From assembly GCA_947501605.1 (NCBI GenBank), contig CANMWZ010000026.1:1-57653 (forward strand): DNA of 57,653 nt. The letters are read 5' to 3'. The stretch comes from Planctomycetota bacterium. GTDB lineage: Bacteria > Planctomycetota > UBA1135 > UBA2386. Positions 10,401 to 19,011 of this stretch are shown one piece after another. Position 1 is the first letter of the stretch. Each line of letters starts with the position of its first letter. The translations under genes and the position numbers were made by a program. The notes below the pieces were generated by a model, which did not search any database, was not told the origin of the DNA, and saw only the letters and a list, made by a program, of their open reading frames with translations.

Positions 10401-10767
10401 GTCGCGACCATCGCCACTCGCCGACCGACTTCACGTTGCCCGACATCGGGTGCTCGGGCGCAAACACCAGGCCTTCGGCATCGCGGCGCGTCGTGAGGAC
10501 CAGCTGCGGCTTGGTGTCGGCCAGCGCGAGAAGCTCGTCGCCGGTCGTGATCACACCGAGTGAGATCGAGTTCTGGATCTCGCCGAGGATTGCTGCCGCC
10601 TTCTGGTAGGCGAAGCTCCGGTCTTCGTTCGAACTCGATTCGCGGAAGCCGATGGAGAGCTGCTGGACGAGTACCAACAATGCCGCCGCGACGATGCCGA
10701 TGGCCATCATCGCTTCGGTCAGTCCGAAGCCGCCGCTCCGTTTGGCTACGTCGCGTCGAAGGCTCAT
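7411..10767 (-). CDS. Very large prepilin-type protein (PilV/GspI-like N-terminus plus ~1000-aa extracellular region)
   Basis: MSLRRDVAKRSGG|FGLTEAMMAIGIVAAALLVLV: Phe+1/Glu+5 class III signal; 1,118 aa; G/S/T/P-rich body. Confidence 0.75.
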   Translation of the reverse strand: MSLRRDVAKRSGGFGLTEAMMAIGIVAAALLVLVQQLSIGFRESSSNEDRSFAYQKAAAILGEIQNSISLGVITTGDELLALADTKPQLVLTTRRDAEGLVFAPEHPMSGNVKSVGEWRWSRRVEVEPHETTGQYWCRVHIDLRDGAIWRGAASHAMLFSLLPPADAPEQVHDVYVLACAEAPGLWTDIAELRDHVESVCNEIAAQSQARFQLHWITRLGYGRDACYVPFVNTTIPATQSSPAAYWMPGRLGGSGPIKTLFQSELIVGTHRTEAGLVHGVSGAEAIPSAIADRFNHCMRSPAAWRTFAQRVTSGAEFADEPPLQLLLDDLQQRPERYRNAIFLNLHGRGLPMPPLRNYSDAAKDPLARPGVRVVTHPARLWTPRDPDGNGSPTDADPVELRVYAYRTANTDDILVEPILVQIYGGDFTGSINGSAGSAATLEIRRMVGGIDLNKGVAGAGAASYATFDSATGIAPTSATEKFDMYFQAGYVGGADPYTWIRLYNTPLCAPVHGLGGLDPSAQLYGLDYNPSPVSGNFARDLATKGVGRINRNTARWRIRIPNQVFSSGLLPDQDHVLRVVTRIGSSTNTGVRWPTPIEPMNLSETFAWWSDSATAVPPTERAQFLGDPRLCPYSDLAVGGATTPDGYNANFDDLVNGLEDARLEWPCFGSTLLRDGLGDGVRADSPRLLQLLRDGLQHSGAVYVAAAPELASVLLLGGEIALPSAAGTAAVAMHSDFGGGTLPQVDTVAPSSTTACGELVLTRGGSDPWYHKPWLGELFPDDAVVDWLSRGNLTPTSSPPLHWVRMQSAPLANLPYGASVAGTFSARLGILGAPALVATNQLTSMLSYGNSTPAPLTPAPPTSAINDAVNLAPPRTLTSSTTIQWPSSSGLLGSSIGALSGYQASTLTLLESMWQAAGSPCGASYVWQSSLHGAAALALWTAPNATDSARSVAQQAVLLGLRTLHAFGAPKVRPSIAAVPRVLIFDPAPGALRTDPSEITLRWNAEWLRFDGQAYTANYPTGFAGDESDLVYRVLWSRDRGATWLSALTGDVAEFGVYPTAIDDRLADTGQGSESFTFAMPDDLPTGEVRFAIEAWRTSTQSHHATHRAMVFVRRSNG

Positions 10768-10769
10768 GC

Positions 10770-11990
10770 TCACCAGTTGCGGCGCCAATCCGTGACGGGG
10801 ACAAAGGCGCCGCCCGGACTCGATGGCCGGAGCTCGGTGCTGGTGCGGTATTGGGACAGCGAGCTCTGTAGCGACGTGACCGCGGCCGAATCGGAGCGCA
10901 GGCTGACTTGGTCGCTGGAGCCGCCGATCTTCAATTGGCCGGCGACGATGAGTGTGCCGGCAAAGCGGAAGGGGCCCTCGAGCACGGCGCTGCCGCCGAC
11001 CCACAGGACGCCGCTGAAGTCGCTGTCGTTGTCCTGGTAGGCGTAGAAGTCGCCGGTGACGGCGAGCATCATGCGGCCGCGCAAGCCGGGCAGTGACGTG
11101 TCGAGCTCGAGCCCACCTGGGACGAACACCGACTGATCCTGCATGCGGCGACCCTGAAGCTGTCGCGGCGCCGTCACGACGAGGTCCGACATGCTGCGCA
11201 TCTGGTCTTCACGCAGGCCAAAGATCGACTTGAGGTCGAGGGTGAGGTCGTCGAGCGGGAGCATCGAGGGGCTGCCGGTCAGGTCCGTGCCGAAACTCAG
11301 CAAGGCGCCCTTGATGGCGGCGCGGTCATAGGTCAGAGCTGGCCCGCCACTGCCGTCGATGGTCCCGTTCATCAGCATGTCGAGCGAGCGTGCGTCCTGC
11401 ATGACCACCGCGGCCGTGCTCGGTACGTGCATCTGCAGGCCGCGAATGTCCGTGCGAACCGTTTGCGTCGAGAGCAATCGGTTGGGCTTCTGGTCGAAGC
11501 GCTTGCTGGCATCAAGTCGCTCGAACAGGAAGCCGCGTGAACAGACGTCCCAGACGCTGCCCGGAACCTCGCCGTGATCGGCGGATACGTCGATGGCTTC
11601 TGTCGTGCGCACTTCGTAGCGGCCCCACAGGCTGCCGTTCACTTCGAACTCGCGGACGATCCCGATGCTCGGGTCGAGCGTCTCGTCGATCGGCGGATCG
11701 GCAGTGAGGTTGCGCTGCGGCGCCAGCGCCAGGACCGGTTGATTGGGTTGTCGCCGGAAGTACGAGGTCGCGTCGGTGAGCCCCGATTCCGCCACCGATT
11801 GGGCGAGGTCGACGCGACGGAAGCGCGTGTCCATCGTCTTGCGATTGGCCGACATCTCCAGGCTGTGGGCCACGAGGACGCCTGAGGTCAGGGCGACGAA
11901 GAACAAGGCCCATACCAACGTCGACCCGCGTTCGTTGGCGCGTGCCAGTGGGCGGCAGTCCATGGCAAGGTCGGGGGTGGAGGGCTTCAT
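10770..11990 (-). CDS. PilX/GspK-like prepilin protein
   Basis: ANERG|STLVWALFFVALTSGVLV...AQSVAESGLTDA: PilX-type N-terminus without Glu+5; C-terminal beta-helix-like GVLWVGG/GTLIVAG repeats; start may be 11963. Confidence 0.7.
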   Translation of the reverse strand: MKPSTPDLAMDCRPLARANERGSTLVWALFFVALTSGVLVAHSLEMSANRKTMDTRFRRVDLAQSVAESGLTDATSYFRRQPNQPVLALAPQRNLTADPPIDETLDPSIGIVREFEVNGSLWGRYEVRTTEAIDVSADHGEVPGSVWDVCSRGFLFERLDASKRFDQKPNRLLSTQTVRTDIRGLQMHVPSTAAVVMQDARSLDMLMNGTIDGSGGPALTYDRAAIKGALLSFGTDLTGSPSMLPLDDLTLDLKSIFGLREDQMRSMSDLVVTAPRQLQGRRMQDQSVFVPGGLELDTSLPGLRGRMMLAVTGDFYAYQDNDSDFSGVLWVGGSAVLEGPFRFAGTLIVAGQLKIGGSSDQVSLRSDSAAVTSLQSSLSQYRTSTELRPSSPGGAFVPVTDWRRNW

Positions 11991-12195
11991 GTCGCGAACC
12001 ATCGAACCCCCAGGAGGCGGACTTGAGATCCCGCTGCTCGCGATCTCCGACACCGCAGAACCTACGGTGGCATTGGGCCGTCCACGTCTCGGAACGGGAT
12101 CGACGGCTCGGGGGTCGAGCCCGCTGTGCACCGTCGCGAGACGGCGTCGCCGCACTGGCTGGATCGGCAGATGCCCGTGTGCCGATGCACGCGGA

Positions 12196-15100
12196 GTGAA
12201 CGACAGCCATCGCGACAGTCTGCCGAAGCCAGCAACAACCCGTGCTGATGCCGGCAAACGCGTGCTCGGGGATTACGTCATCGAGAAGGAACTCGGTCGC
12301 GGCGGCATGGGCATCGTCTGGTTGGCCACGCAACGCTCACTCGGTCGGCGCGTGGCGCTCAAGACCCTGCCTGACTTCGCGCTGCTCGACGCCGGTGCGG
12401 TTCAGCGGTTTCGCCGCGAGGCCGAGGCGACTGGGCGCATCGCGCATCCTGGCATCGTGCCGGTTTATGGCACCGGAGAGTCGGATGGCATCCACTGGTT
12501 TGCGATGGAGTTCGTCGACGGGCCGCCGCTGTCGAAATGGGTCGAGGATCTCGGCAGTCGCCAAGTCGAGAAACTGCGTGAGTCGCTGGTCGACGAGGTC
12601 GAGCAAGGCGATCGCTATCCGACGATGCGAGAAGCGAAGGGCGGTACCGGCAACCGCTACGTGCGCTCGTGCGCGCGGTTGTGCGCCGACGTCGCCAACG
12701 CGCTCGCTGCCGCGCATCGCGAGCGCGTGATCCACCGCGACGTGAAGCCGAACAACATCATGGTCCACGCGGCTGGACGCCCCGTGGTGCTCGACTTCGG
12801 CCTCGCCCGCGATGAGCAGAGTACGTCGTTGACGCGCAGCGGCGAACAACTCGGAACGCCAGCCTACATGGCCCCTGAGCAGGCGCGCGGTAGTCGCTCG
12901 CTCGACGCCCGAGCGGATGTCTACGGTCTTGGCGCGGTGCTCTACGAACTGTTGACGCTCCAGCCGCCGTTCCATGGTGCGACGGCGGCGGAGATCGTTC
13001 ACCAGATCCTCACCGAAGAAGCGGTGCCGGTGCAGCGGCGCAATCCAAACGTGCCGGTCGACCTCGCGGCGATCGTGCATCGGTGTCTCGCCAAGGACCA
13101 GGATGATCGCTACCCAGCGATGGAAGCGCTCGAGACCGATCTGCGCGCGTTCCTTGACGGCAACAAGGTCACGGCCAAGCTGCCTACGGCGATGGCCCGC
13201 TTCCAGTCGCGACTGCAACGGCATCGCAAAGTGCTGATCGCGAGCACCAGTGCCGTGACTGCCGCCGTGGCGATTGCGGTCCTCGCCGGCGTCGTCGACG
13301 ATCGCGGCGACGTGCGCGCTGGGCATGCCCTGCTGGACACTGCCCGGACGACCCTGCTCGAGCAGGGCAATGCCGAACATGCGCGTGATCTCTACGAACG
13401 TGCTACGGCTCTGACCAAACAGCCCGAGCTCGTGCGCGAGCGTCGACGGCAGGACTTTGTCGACGCCTTCGAAGTGCTCTACGCCAGTGCCGCCAACGGA
13501 CCGGCCGTGCTTCGCCGCTTCGCCGAGGTGTTCGACGAGACCGAGCGAGGCCAGTTGCGCGAACTCCTCGACCGCCTCGATGGGCGCGGCTCGCTGCGGT
13601 TTGCGACGCGCGCACTCGAACAAGCGACGCGAACGCTCGAGGTCCGCAAGGTCGAGGCCACCGGGCTCGCAGCCGACTGGCTGGAGATCAAGCCGGGTCA
13701 GGCGCTGCCGGTGGGCGAGTACCTGGTACGCGCGACCAACCAGGACGGCATCGCAACGGTGCTGCGCACCGCGGCCATGACCGATCAGACCACGCATCTC
13801 GAACCGCGCTACCTCAGCGCCGGCGAACTGCCGTCCGGCACGGTGGCTGCCGTTGATCCGATGACGCAGCGGACGATTGCGGTCGGAGAGTGCGAGGTTG
13901 CGCGTCGTGAGTGGCGGGCTTGGCTCGTCACGCTCAGTCCAGCGCTACAGACCGAGATGACTCCGAGCGTGTGGAGCCAAGACACGCAGCGAGACGACTT
14001 GCCGGTGCGCGGCTTGTCGTTCCACCAGGCTCGTACCTTTGCGCAGTTGCATGGCGCTCATCTACCGACAGCGCGCGAACAGTGGCTTGCTGGCAGCGCG
14101 GGACTGGTCGAACTGCGACTGCCGTGGGGCTCTGGGCCCGATCCGGCTCGCCTCGTCGCCGATCCGTTCCAGCGCAGCGAGGCCGAACCGATTCGGTCGG
14201 TGCCTGAGGGTCGTTCGCCGCTCGGCGTCTTTCATGTGCTCGGCAACGTCGCGGAAGTACTCGCGGCCGACCGCGGGGTGATGAGCATCGGCGGCGGCAG
14301 CTTTGCTGACGATCCTTCGAGCCTCGTGCTCGACGGCAAGAAAGCGAGCGTGCCACTTCAGCCATTGGGCTCGGTGTTCGCACCCAATGCCGCTGCCGGG
14401 CTGCGGCTCTATCGCTTCGTTCCGGAACGCGACGACCAAGGGAAGGCCGAGGCCGCTCGCAACCGCCGCAAGGAGCTCGAACGCGGGTCTTCGGGGTGCG
14501 TCTTCCACGACTGGGAACTGCGCCCGGATGGCAGCCTGTCCTGCGATCGCGAACTGGTGGGCGTGTACGACGGTGGTCAACGCGAACGATTGCTCTACCT
14601 CGACACCAAGGGCTTCTTGCAGACCGCCGGTTCGCTGCGAGCCGTCGATGGCCATGGCCGCGCGCTGCCGGTAGCGGTGGGCGGCGCCGCCGGAGGCGAA
14701 CAGTCCGTCTTGCGTACGGAGCTGCCGGCGCAGCTGCGCTCCGGTCAGGGGTTCCGCTTCAAGATTGGTGCGGATCTTCAACCTGGTCCGGGTCTTTGCT
14801 CCGCGCGCGATGGCTTCGTCTTGCGCCTGCCGATGACTCGCGGTCACGAAGTGGCGCACGTCTACACGTTGTCGTTGCCAGGAAACTGCGTCGTCCTTGA
14901 CGTAACGCCAGAAGCTGAGCAATGGCATGCCGAGGGTCGCACCTGGCTGGCGTGGGAGCAGACCGCGCTCGCACAGATCGAAACCGCCGTCGTGCGCGTG
15001 CGAACCGACGGGGCGTTGTCGACGACTGTTGCCGAGCGCGCTGCTGCGTTCGATCGCTGCGATCAGATGCTGCGCAGTTGGAGTGAGAGTTCGCCGCAGC

Positions 15101-15864
15101 TCGATCGACTGCTCGATCGAGACTTCGTGCAGCATCCGGGTGCGATCGATCGCAAGGCGGCGCTTGCCAGGGAGGTCGACGAGCGCATCACCATGGTCGA
15201 GCTGGTCGATACCGTGCGGATCGGCGCGATCGAAAGTTGCGAGCTTCGAGTGGACTGGACCATGACGGACCACCGCGGCCGTCCGTTCCAGCTCCAGTCG
15301 TTTCCGCTGCTGTTGCAGTGGCGCGCCGATGGCGATGCGGTGCGCGCAATCCGGATGCAGCCGTTCACGCTCGCCGATCAGGGACGCTACGAGTCAGCCA
15401 AGGCTGGCGGCGCTGCCGCTACGGCTTACGCCAACGAGGGACTGCGCGTGCGTATCGACGCGGTGCCCGACACGGTGCTGGTGCGGACCCAAGACGAACT
15501 GTGCGAGCTGCAGGTCGAGATGGTCCACGCGGAAGGCACAGCGCAGATCGTTGGGTGCTTTGCCGACGCCAACGAGACCGCCGACGCGATTCGGTTCCGC
15601 CTCACCAATGGCGCGTCCGTACGGGGTCGCGGGACCTTGCTCCACGAGGTGACGAGCGCGACGGAATCGACGCAAGACTGGCAGTTCTTGCGCGACGGCA
15701 ACTGCGTGCGAGAGCGCTGGCAGTTCACGCAAAAGGGACGACGTCACTTGCTGGTGCGCCTGCAGGTGGTGGGCGCGGATGCGCGCACTGCGGCGACCAA
15801 GTTCGCGGGGCCAGCGGCAGAGGCGTGGTTCGCCGCGGTGACGGCAGCAGTTCGAGTGGAGTGA
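12196..15864 (+). CDS. Ser/Thr protein kinase with TM segment, degenerate FGE-sulfatase domain and further C-terminal domains
   Basis: LGRGGMGIV, VALK, HRDVKPNN, DFGLA, GTPAYMAPEQ, DVYGLG; TM; FGE-like LPVRGLSF..A, LPT, GRSPLGVFHVLGNVAE; GTG 12196 chosen as start. Confidence 0.9.
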   Translation: MNDSHRDSLPKPATTRADAGKRVLGDYVIEKELGRGGMGIVWLATQRSLGRRVALKTLPDFALLDAGAVQRFRREAEATGRIAHPGIVPVYGTGESDGIHWFAMEFVDGPPLSKWVEDLGSRQVEKLRESLVDEVEQGDRYPTMREAKGGTGNRYVRSCARLCADVANALAAAHRERVIHRDVKPNNIMVHAAGRPVVLDFGLARDEQSTSLTRSGEQLGTPAYMAPEQARGSRSLDARADVYGLGAVLYELLTLQPPFHGATAAEIVHQILTEEAVPVQRRNPNVPVDLAAIVHRCLAKDQDDRYPAMEALETDLRAFLDGNKVTAKLPTAMARFQSRLQRHRKVLIASTSAVTAAVAIAVLAGVVDDRGDVRAGHALLDTARTTLLEQGNAEHARDLYERATALTKQPELVRERRRQDFVDAFEVLYASAANGPAVLRRFAEVFDETERGQLRELLDRLDGRGSLRFATRALEQATRTLEVRKVEATGLAADWLEIKPGQALPVGEYLVRATNQDGIATVLRTAAMTDQTTHLEPRYLSAGELPSGTVAAVDPMTQRTIAVGECEVARREWRAWLVTLSPALQTEMTPSVWSQDTQRDDLPVRGLSFHQARTFAQLHGAHLPTAREQWLAGSAGLVELRLPWGSGPDPARLVADPFQRSEAEPIRSVPEGRSPLGVFHVLGNVAEVLAADRGVMSIGGGSFADDPSSLVLDGKKASVPLQPLGSVFAPNAAAGLRLYRFVPERDDQGKAEAARNRRKELERGSSGCVFHDWELRPDGSLSCDRELVGVYDGGQRERLLYLDTKGFLQTAGSLRAVDGHGRALPVAVGGAAGGEQSVLRTELPAQLRSGQGFRFKIGADLQPGPGLCSARDGFVLRLPMTRGHEVAHVYTLSLPGNCVVLDVTPEAEQWHAEGRTWLAWEQTALAQIETAVVRVRTDGALSTTVAERAAAFDRCDQMLRSWSESSPQLDRLLDRDFVQHPGAIDRKAALAREVDERITMVELVDTVRIGAIESCELRVDWTMTDHRGRPFQLQSFPLLLQWRADGDAVRAIRMQPFTLADQGRYESAKAGGAAATAYANEGLRVRIDAVPDTVLVRTQDELCELQVEMVHAEGTAQIVGCFADANETADAIRFRLTNGASVRGRGTLLHEVTSATESTQDWQFLRDGNCVRERWQFTQKGRRHLLVRLQVVGADARTAATKFAGPAAEAWFAAVTAAVRVE

Positions 15865-15900
15865 TCGACGCGTGGGCGCGACCACAGGCGCCGACGTGGA

Positions 15901-17364
15901 TCAGACCTTGACGAGCTTGCTCGCCGGGACCGCGATGCGAAACAGGGCGCCGCCGCTCGGCGACGCTTCGCAGCGGACGGAGCCGCCGAGGGCCTCGACG
16001 ATGCGTTGGACGATGGCGAGGCCGAGACCGGCGCCTTGTGGCTTCTCGGTCATGACATCGCCGAGCTGGATGAAGCGCTCGAACACTCGTTCGCGATCTT
16101 CTGGCGCTATCCCGCGACCGTTGTCGGCAATGGTGATCTCGATCGAGGCCAAGACCCTGTGCACTGCGATCTGCACGCGCCCGTTGTTCGGGGTGAACTT
16201 GACGGCATTGTCGAGGATGCGACAGATGGCCTCGTTGCACCGTCGCGCGTCGACGTCAGCAAACGCACCCAAAGGCGCATCGATCTCGAGCGCAATCGAC
16301 TTCAGCTGTGCCGGAACACGCAGCACATCGGCGGCGGTGCGCGCAATGACTGCGACATCCGTCGGTTCGCGGTTCCATTCGACGCGCCCGGTCTCGAGGA
16401 GCCCGTACTCCATGATGTCGTCGACCAGCACCTTGAGCCGCCGCGACTCGGAGTTGAGCATCAACGCGAACTCTCGCCACTCAGCTTCGTCCTGCGGGGT
16501 CAGCGACGTCAGGATCTCGCTCGAACTGACCATGTTCGTCAGTGGCGTGCGAAGTTCGTGACTGATCGAGGACAGCAACTCGTCCTTGAGGCGGTTGACC
16601 TCTTGGTTGTGCGTCACGTCGGCGAGGACGACCACCTTGCCGTAGTCTTGCTCGGGGCGCGGCGACTGCACCTGCACGATGGCGAGGTCGTAGATCCGGC
16701 TGTCGTGCGGCACGTCGCCGATGCGCAGTTCGTCGAGATCCTCCTGCTCGAGTCGCCGTAGGCCATCCTGCATCGATCGCTGTAGCTCGCCCTTGAGTAG
16801 CGCGACCAGCGCTTCGGACTCGAGGTGGCGGTCGCCGAGTTGCAGCATGCGCCGCGCGTTGCGATTGGCCAGCACGATGCGTCCCTGCGTGTCGACGACG
16901 ACGACGCCTTCGCGCAGCGACTGCAGAACGGCGTTGACGCGATCGAACGCTGCCTCGGCGTTCATCAAGTTGTTCAGGCTCTGTCGGCTTCGCTGCTCGA
17001 GCGCCGAGCCGGCCATGTTGAACCGGCGCAGCAGTGGTTGCAGCAATGGGGCGCCGTCCTCGGCGATGCGCCCAGCCTGACCTGACATGCGAAGCTGGTC
17101 CATCGCGCGCAAGATGGACTCGACGGGCTCGTGCAAGGAGCCGCGCAGGCGGCGAGCAACCAAGAACGAGATCGCGATGCCACCGAGGATGCCGGCGCCG
17201 GTGACGGCGAGCACCGGAATCAGGGGCACGGAGAATAGTGCGGCGGTCAGACCCGGCAGGGCGCCGAGCGCTCCCGATGCGCCCAGTACGGCAATGCGCG
17301 GAATGCCGAGATCGCGTAGATCCATCGCTCCGCTGTTGTCCGTTGCCGCTGTCATCGTTGCCAT
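15901..17364 (-). CDS. Membrane sensor histidine kinase (TM-HAMP-PAS-HisKA-HATPase)
   Basis: SISHELRTPLT H-box; ILDNAVKF, DNGRGI, GAGLGLAI; PAS LQSLREGVVVVDTQGRIVLANRNA. Confidence 0.92.
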   Translation of the reverse strand: MATMTAATDNSGAMDLRDLGIPRIAVLGASGALGALPGLTAALFSVPLIPVLAVTGAGILGGIAISFLVARRLRGSLHEPVESILRAMDQLRMSGQAGRIAEDGAPLLQPLLRRFNMAGSALEQRSRQSLNNLMNAEAAFDRVNAVLQSLREGVVVVDTQGRIVLANRNARRMLQLGDRHLESEALVALLKGELQRSMQDGLRRLEQEDLDELRIGDVPHDSRIYDLAIVQVQSPRPEQDYGKVVVLADVTHNQEVNRLKDELLSSISHELRTPLTNMVSSSEILTSLTPQDEAEWREFALMLNSESRRLKVLVDDIMEYGLLETGRVEWNREPTDVAVIARTAADVLRVPAQLKSIALEIDAPLGAFADVDARRCNEAICRILDNAVKFTPNNGRVQIAVHRVLASIEITIADNGRGIAPEDRERVFERFIQLGDVMTEKPQGAGLGLAIVQRIVEALGGSVRCEASPSGGALFRIAVPASKLVKV

Positions 17365-17478
17365 GGATCGGACGGTTCTGTGTTGCGACTTGATCGAGGG
17401 TCAGCGCCGTCGGATGCGAGTCGCGGAGGCGCTGTCGAGAAGCTCGACAGTTCATCGACCTCTGAGTAAGCAGACGCC

Positions 17479-19011
17479 ATGGCCGACGATGATGGAGCGC
17501 AGCTGCGGGTGAGCCCTGGTCCCTTCGTGCCGGCGCATGCGGGCTCTGGGCTGCCGCCGATGGCGCAAGGCGTGGACCTTCGCCTCGACGGCAACCAAGG
17601 TAGCGCCCCGTCTGTGGCCTTTTGGCGCGAGCTCGGCGCGGACCTGGAGGCGCTGCGCGGCTATCCCACCGGCAACGCGCTCGAGCAGGCCTTGGCCGCC
17701 CGGCACGGCGTCGCGGTGGAGCAGATCGCAATCGGAGGAGGCGCCGACGATGTGCTCGATCGCATCGCGCGAGCGGTGCTGGCTCCGGGCCGCACTCTGG
17801 TGCTGCCGGTGCCGACCTTCGAGATGATCGAGCGCTACGCGGCACTGGCTGGAGCAACTGTGCTTGCGGTGCCGTGGACCTCGGGCGCCTGGCCGCGCAC
17901 CGCGGTGTTGACGGCGGCGCGCGCCACCGACGCGACGATGATCGCGATCGTCTCGCCCAACAACCCGACTGGACTGACGGCTGTGGCCGAAGATGTCGAC
18001 GCGGTCGCGGCGGCGTTGCCGACCACGCTGATTGTGGTCGATGCAGCCTACGCCGAGTACGGCGAGGATGGGGTCGACCTGACCGCGCGGGCACTGCGTT
18101 GGCCCAATGTTGTGGTCGTGCGCACCTTCAGCAAGGCGTTTGGGCTGGCGGGCCTGCGTCTTGGCTACGCCATCGCCCACCCCGAAGTGGCAAGGTGGCT
18201 CCGGGTCGTGGGCAGTCCCTTCACTGCCGGCCGGCTGGCACGGGCGGCGGCGTTGCTTCGACTGCGCACGGGTGCCGACGAAGTACTGGCGCACACCACC
18301 GCCGTTCGCGCCCATCGCCATCAACTGACGGCGCAACTGCATCGCCTTGCCGCCGCCCCGTTGCCGAGTCAGGCCAACTTCGTCTTGGCGCGGCCGTCGG
18401 ACCCCGGGTTGCTACGCGATCTGCTCGCCGGGCTCGGTATCGGTGTCCGTGCTTTTGCGTTTCGCGGGATGTCGGAGTTGGCGTCGGGCGTCCGCATCAC
18501 CGTGCCCAGCGATCGTGTCGAGTTCACCCGGCTGACTGCGGCGGTGGAGAGCGCGCTCGCGCCACAGGCCTTCGTGCTCGATTTCGACGGCGTGCTCGTG
18601 GATGTCGTGGGTCGTCGCCCGCTGGTCGCGGCGGAGCAGCTGGCGGCGCTGGCCGCAGTCCGTCCCGTTGTACTGGTCACGAGTTGTCCGCGGCGCTTGT
18701 GCGAGAGTCTGCTCGAGCGCTACGGCTTTGCACCGTTCGTGCAGCACGCGATCTGCGAAGAGGACGGACCGGGCAAGCCCGATCCGTGGCCGGTGCGCGA
18801 GGCGCTTCGTCGGCTCGGCGTCACTCGTGCGTGGATGCTCGGGGACAATCCAGGCGACGTGCAAGCGGCGCGAGCTGCAGGCGTGGTGCCGTTTGCGATC
18901 GAACCGCGCGGCATCGGCGCCGAGAGCCTGGCGGCGCGGTTGCGAGCAGCAGGTGCGGCGCGGCTCGTGAACAGCATCGGCGAACTGGCAGCGCTACTTG
19001 GCGGGCGGTAG
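17479..19011 (+). CDS. hisC: Histidinol-phosphate aminotransferase fused to C-terminal HAD hydrolase
   Basis: SPNNPTG, VVDAAYAEY, RTFSKAFGLAGLRLGY (PLP Lys), PSQANF; HAD motifs DFDGVLVD, LVTS, KPDP, GDNPGD; start may be GTG 17509. Confidence 0.8.
   Translation: MADDDGAQLRVSPGPFVPAHAGSGLPPMAQGVDLRLDGNQGSAPSVAFWRELGADLEALRGYPTGNALEQALAARHGVAVEQIAIGGGADDVLDRIARAVLAPGRTLVLPVPTFEMIERYAALAGATVLAVPWTSGAWPRTAVLTAARATDATMIAIVSPNNPTGLTAVAEDVDAVAAALPTTLIVVDAAYAEYGEDGVDLTARALRWPNVVVVRTFSKAFGLAGLRLGYAIAHPEVARWLRVVGSPFTAGRLARAAALLRLRTGADEVLAHTTAVRAHRHQLTAQLHRLAAAPLPSQANFVLARPSDPGLLRDLLAGLGIGVRAFAFRGMSELASGVRITVPSDRVEFTRLTAAVESALAPQAFVLDFDGVLVDVVGRRPLVAAEQLAALAAVRPVVLVTSCPRRLCESLLERYGFAPFVQHAICEEDGPGKPDPWPVREALRRLGVTRAWMLGDNPGDVQAARAAGVVPFAIEPRGIGAESLAARLRAAGAARLVNSIGELAALLGGR

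Noticed and set aside
11743..12195. Extended kinase N-terminus
   Set aside because: Overlaps the divergent pilX-like gene; GTG 12196 is more plausible
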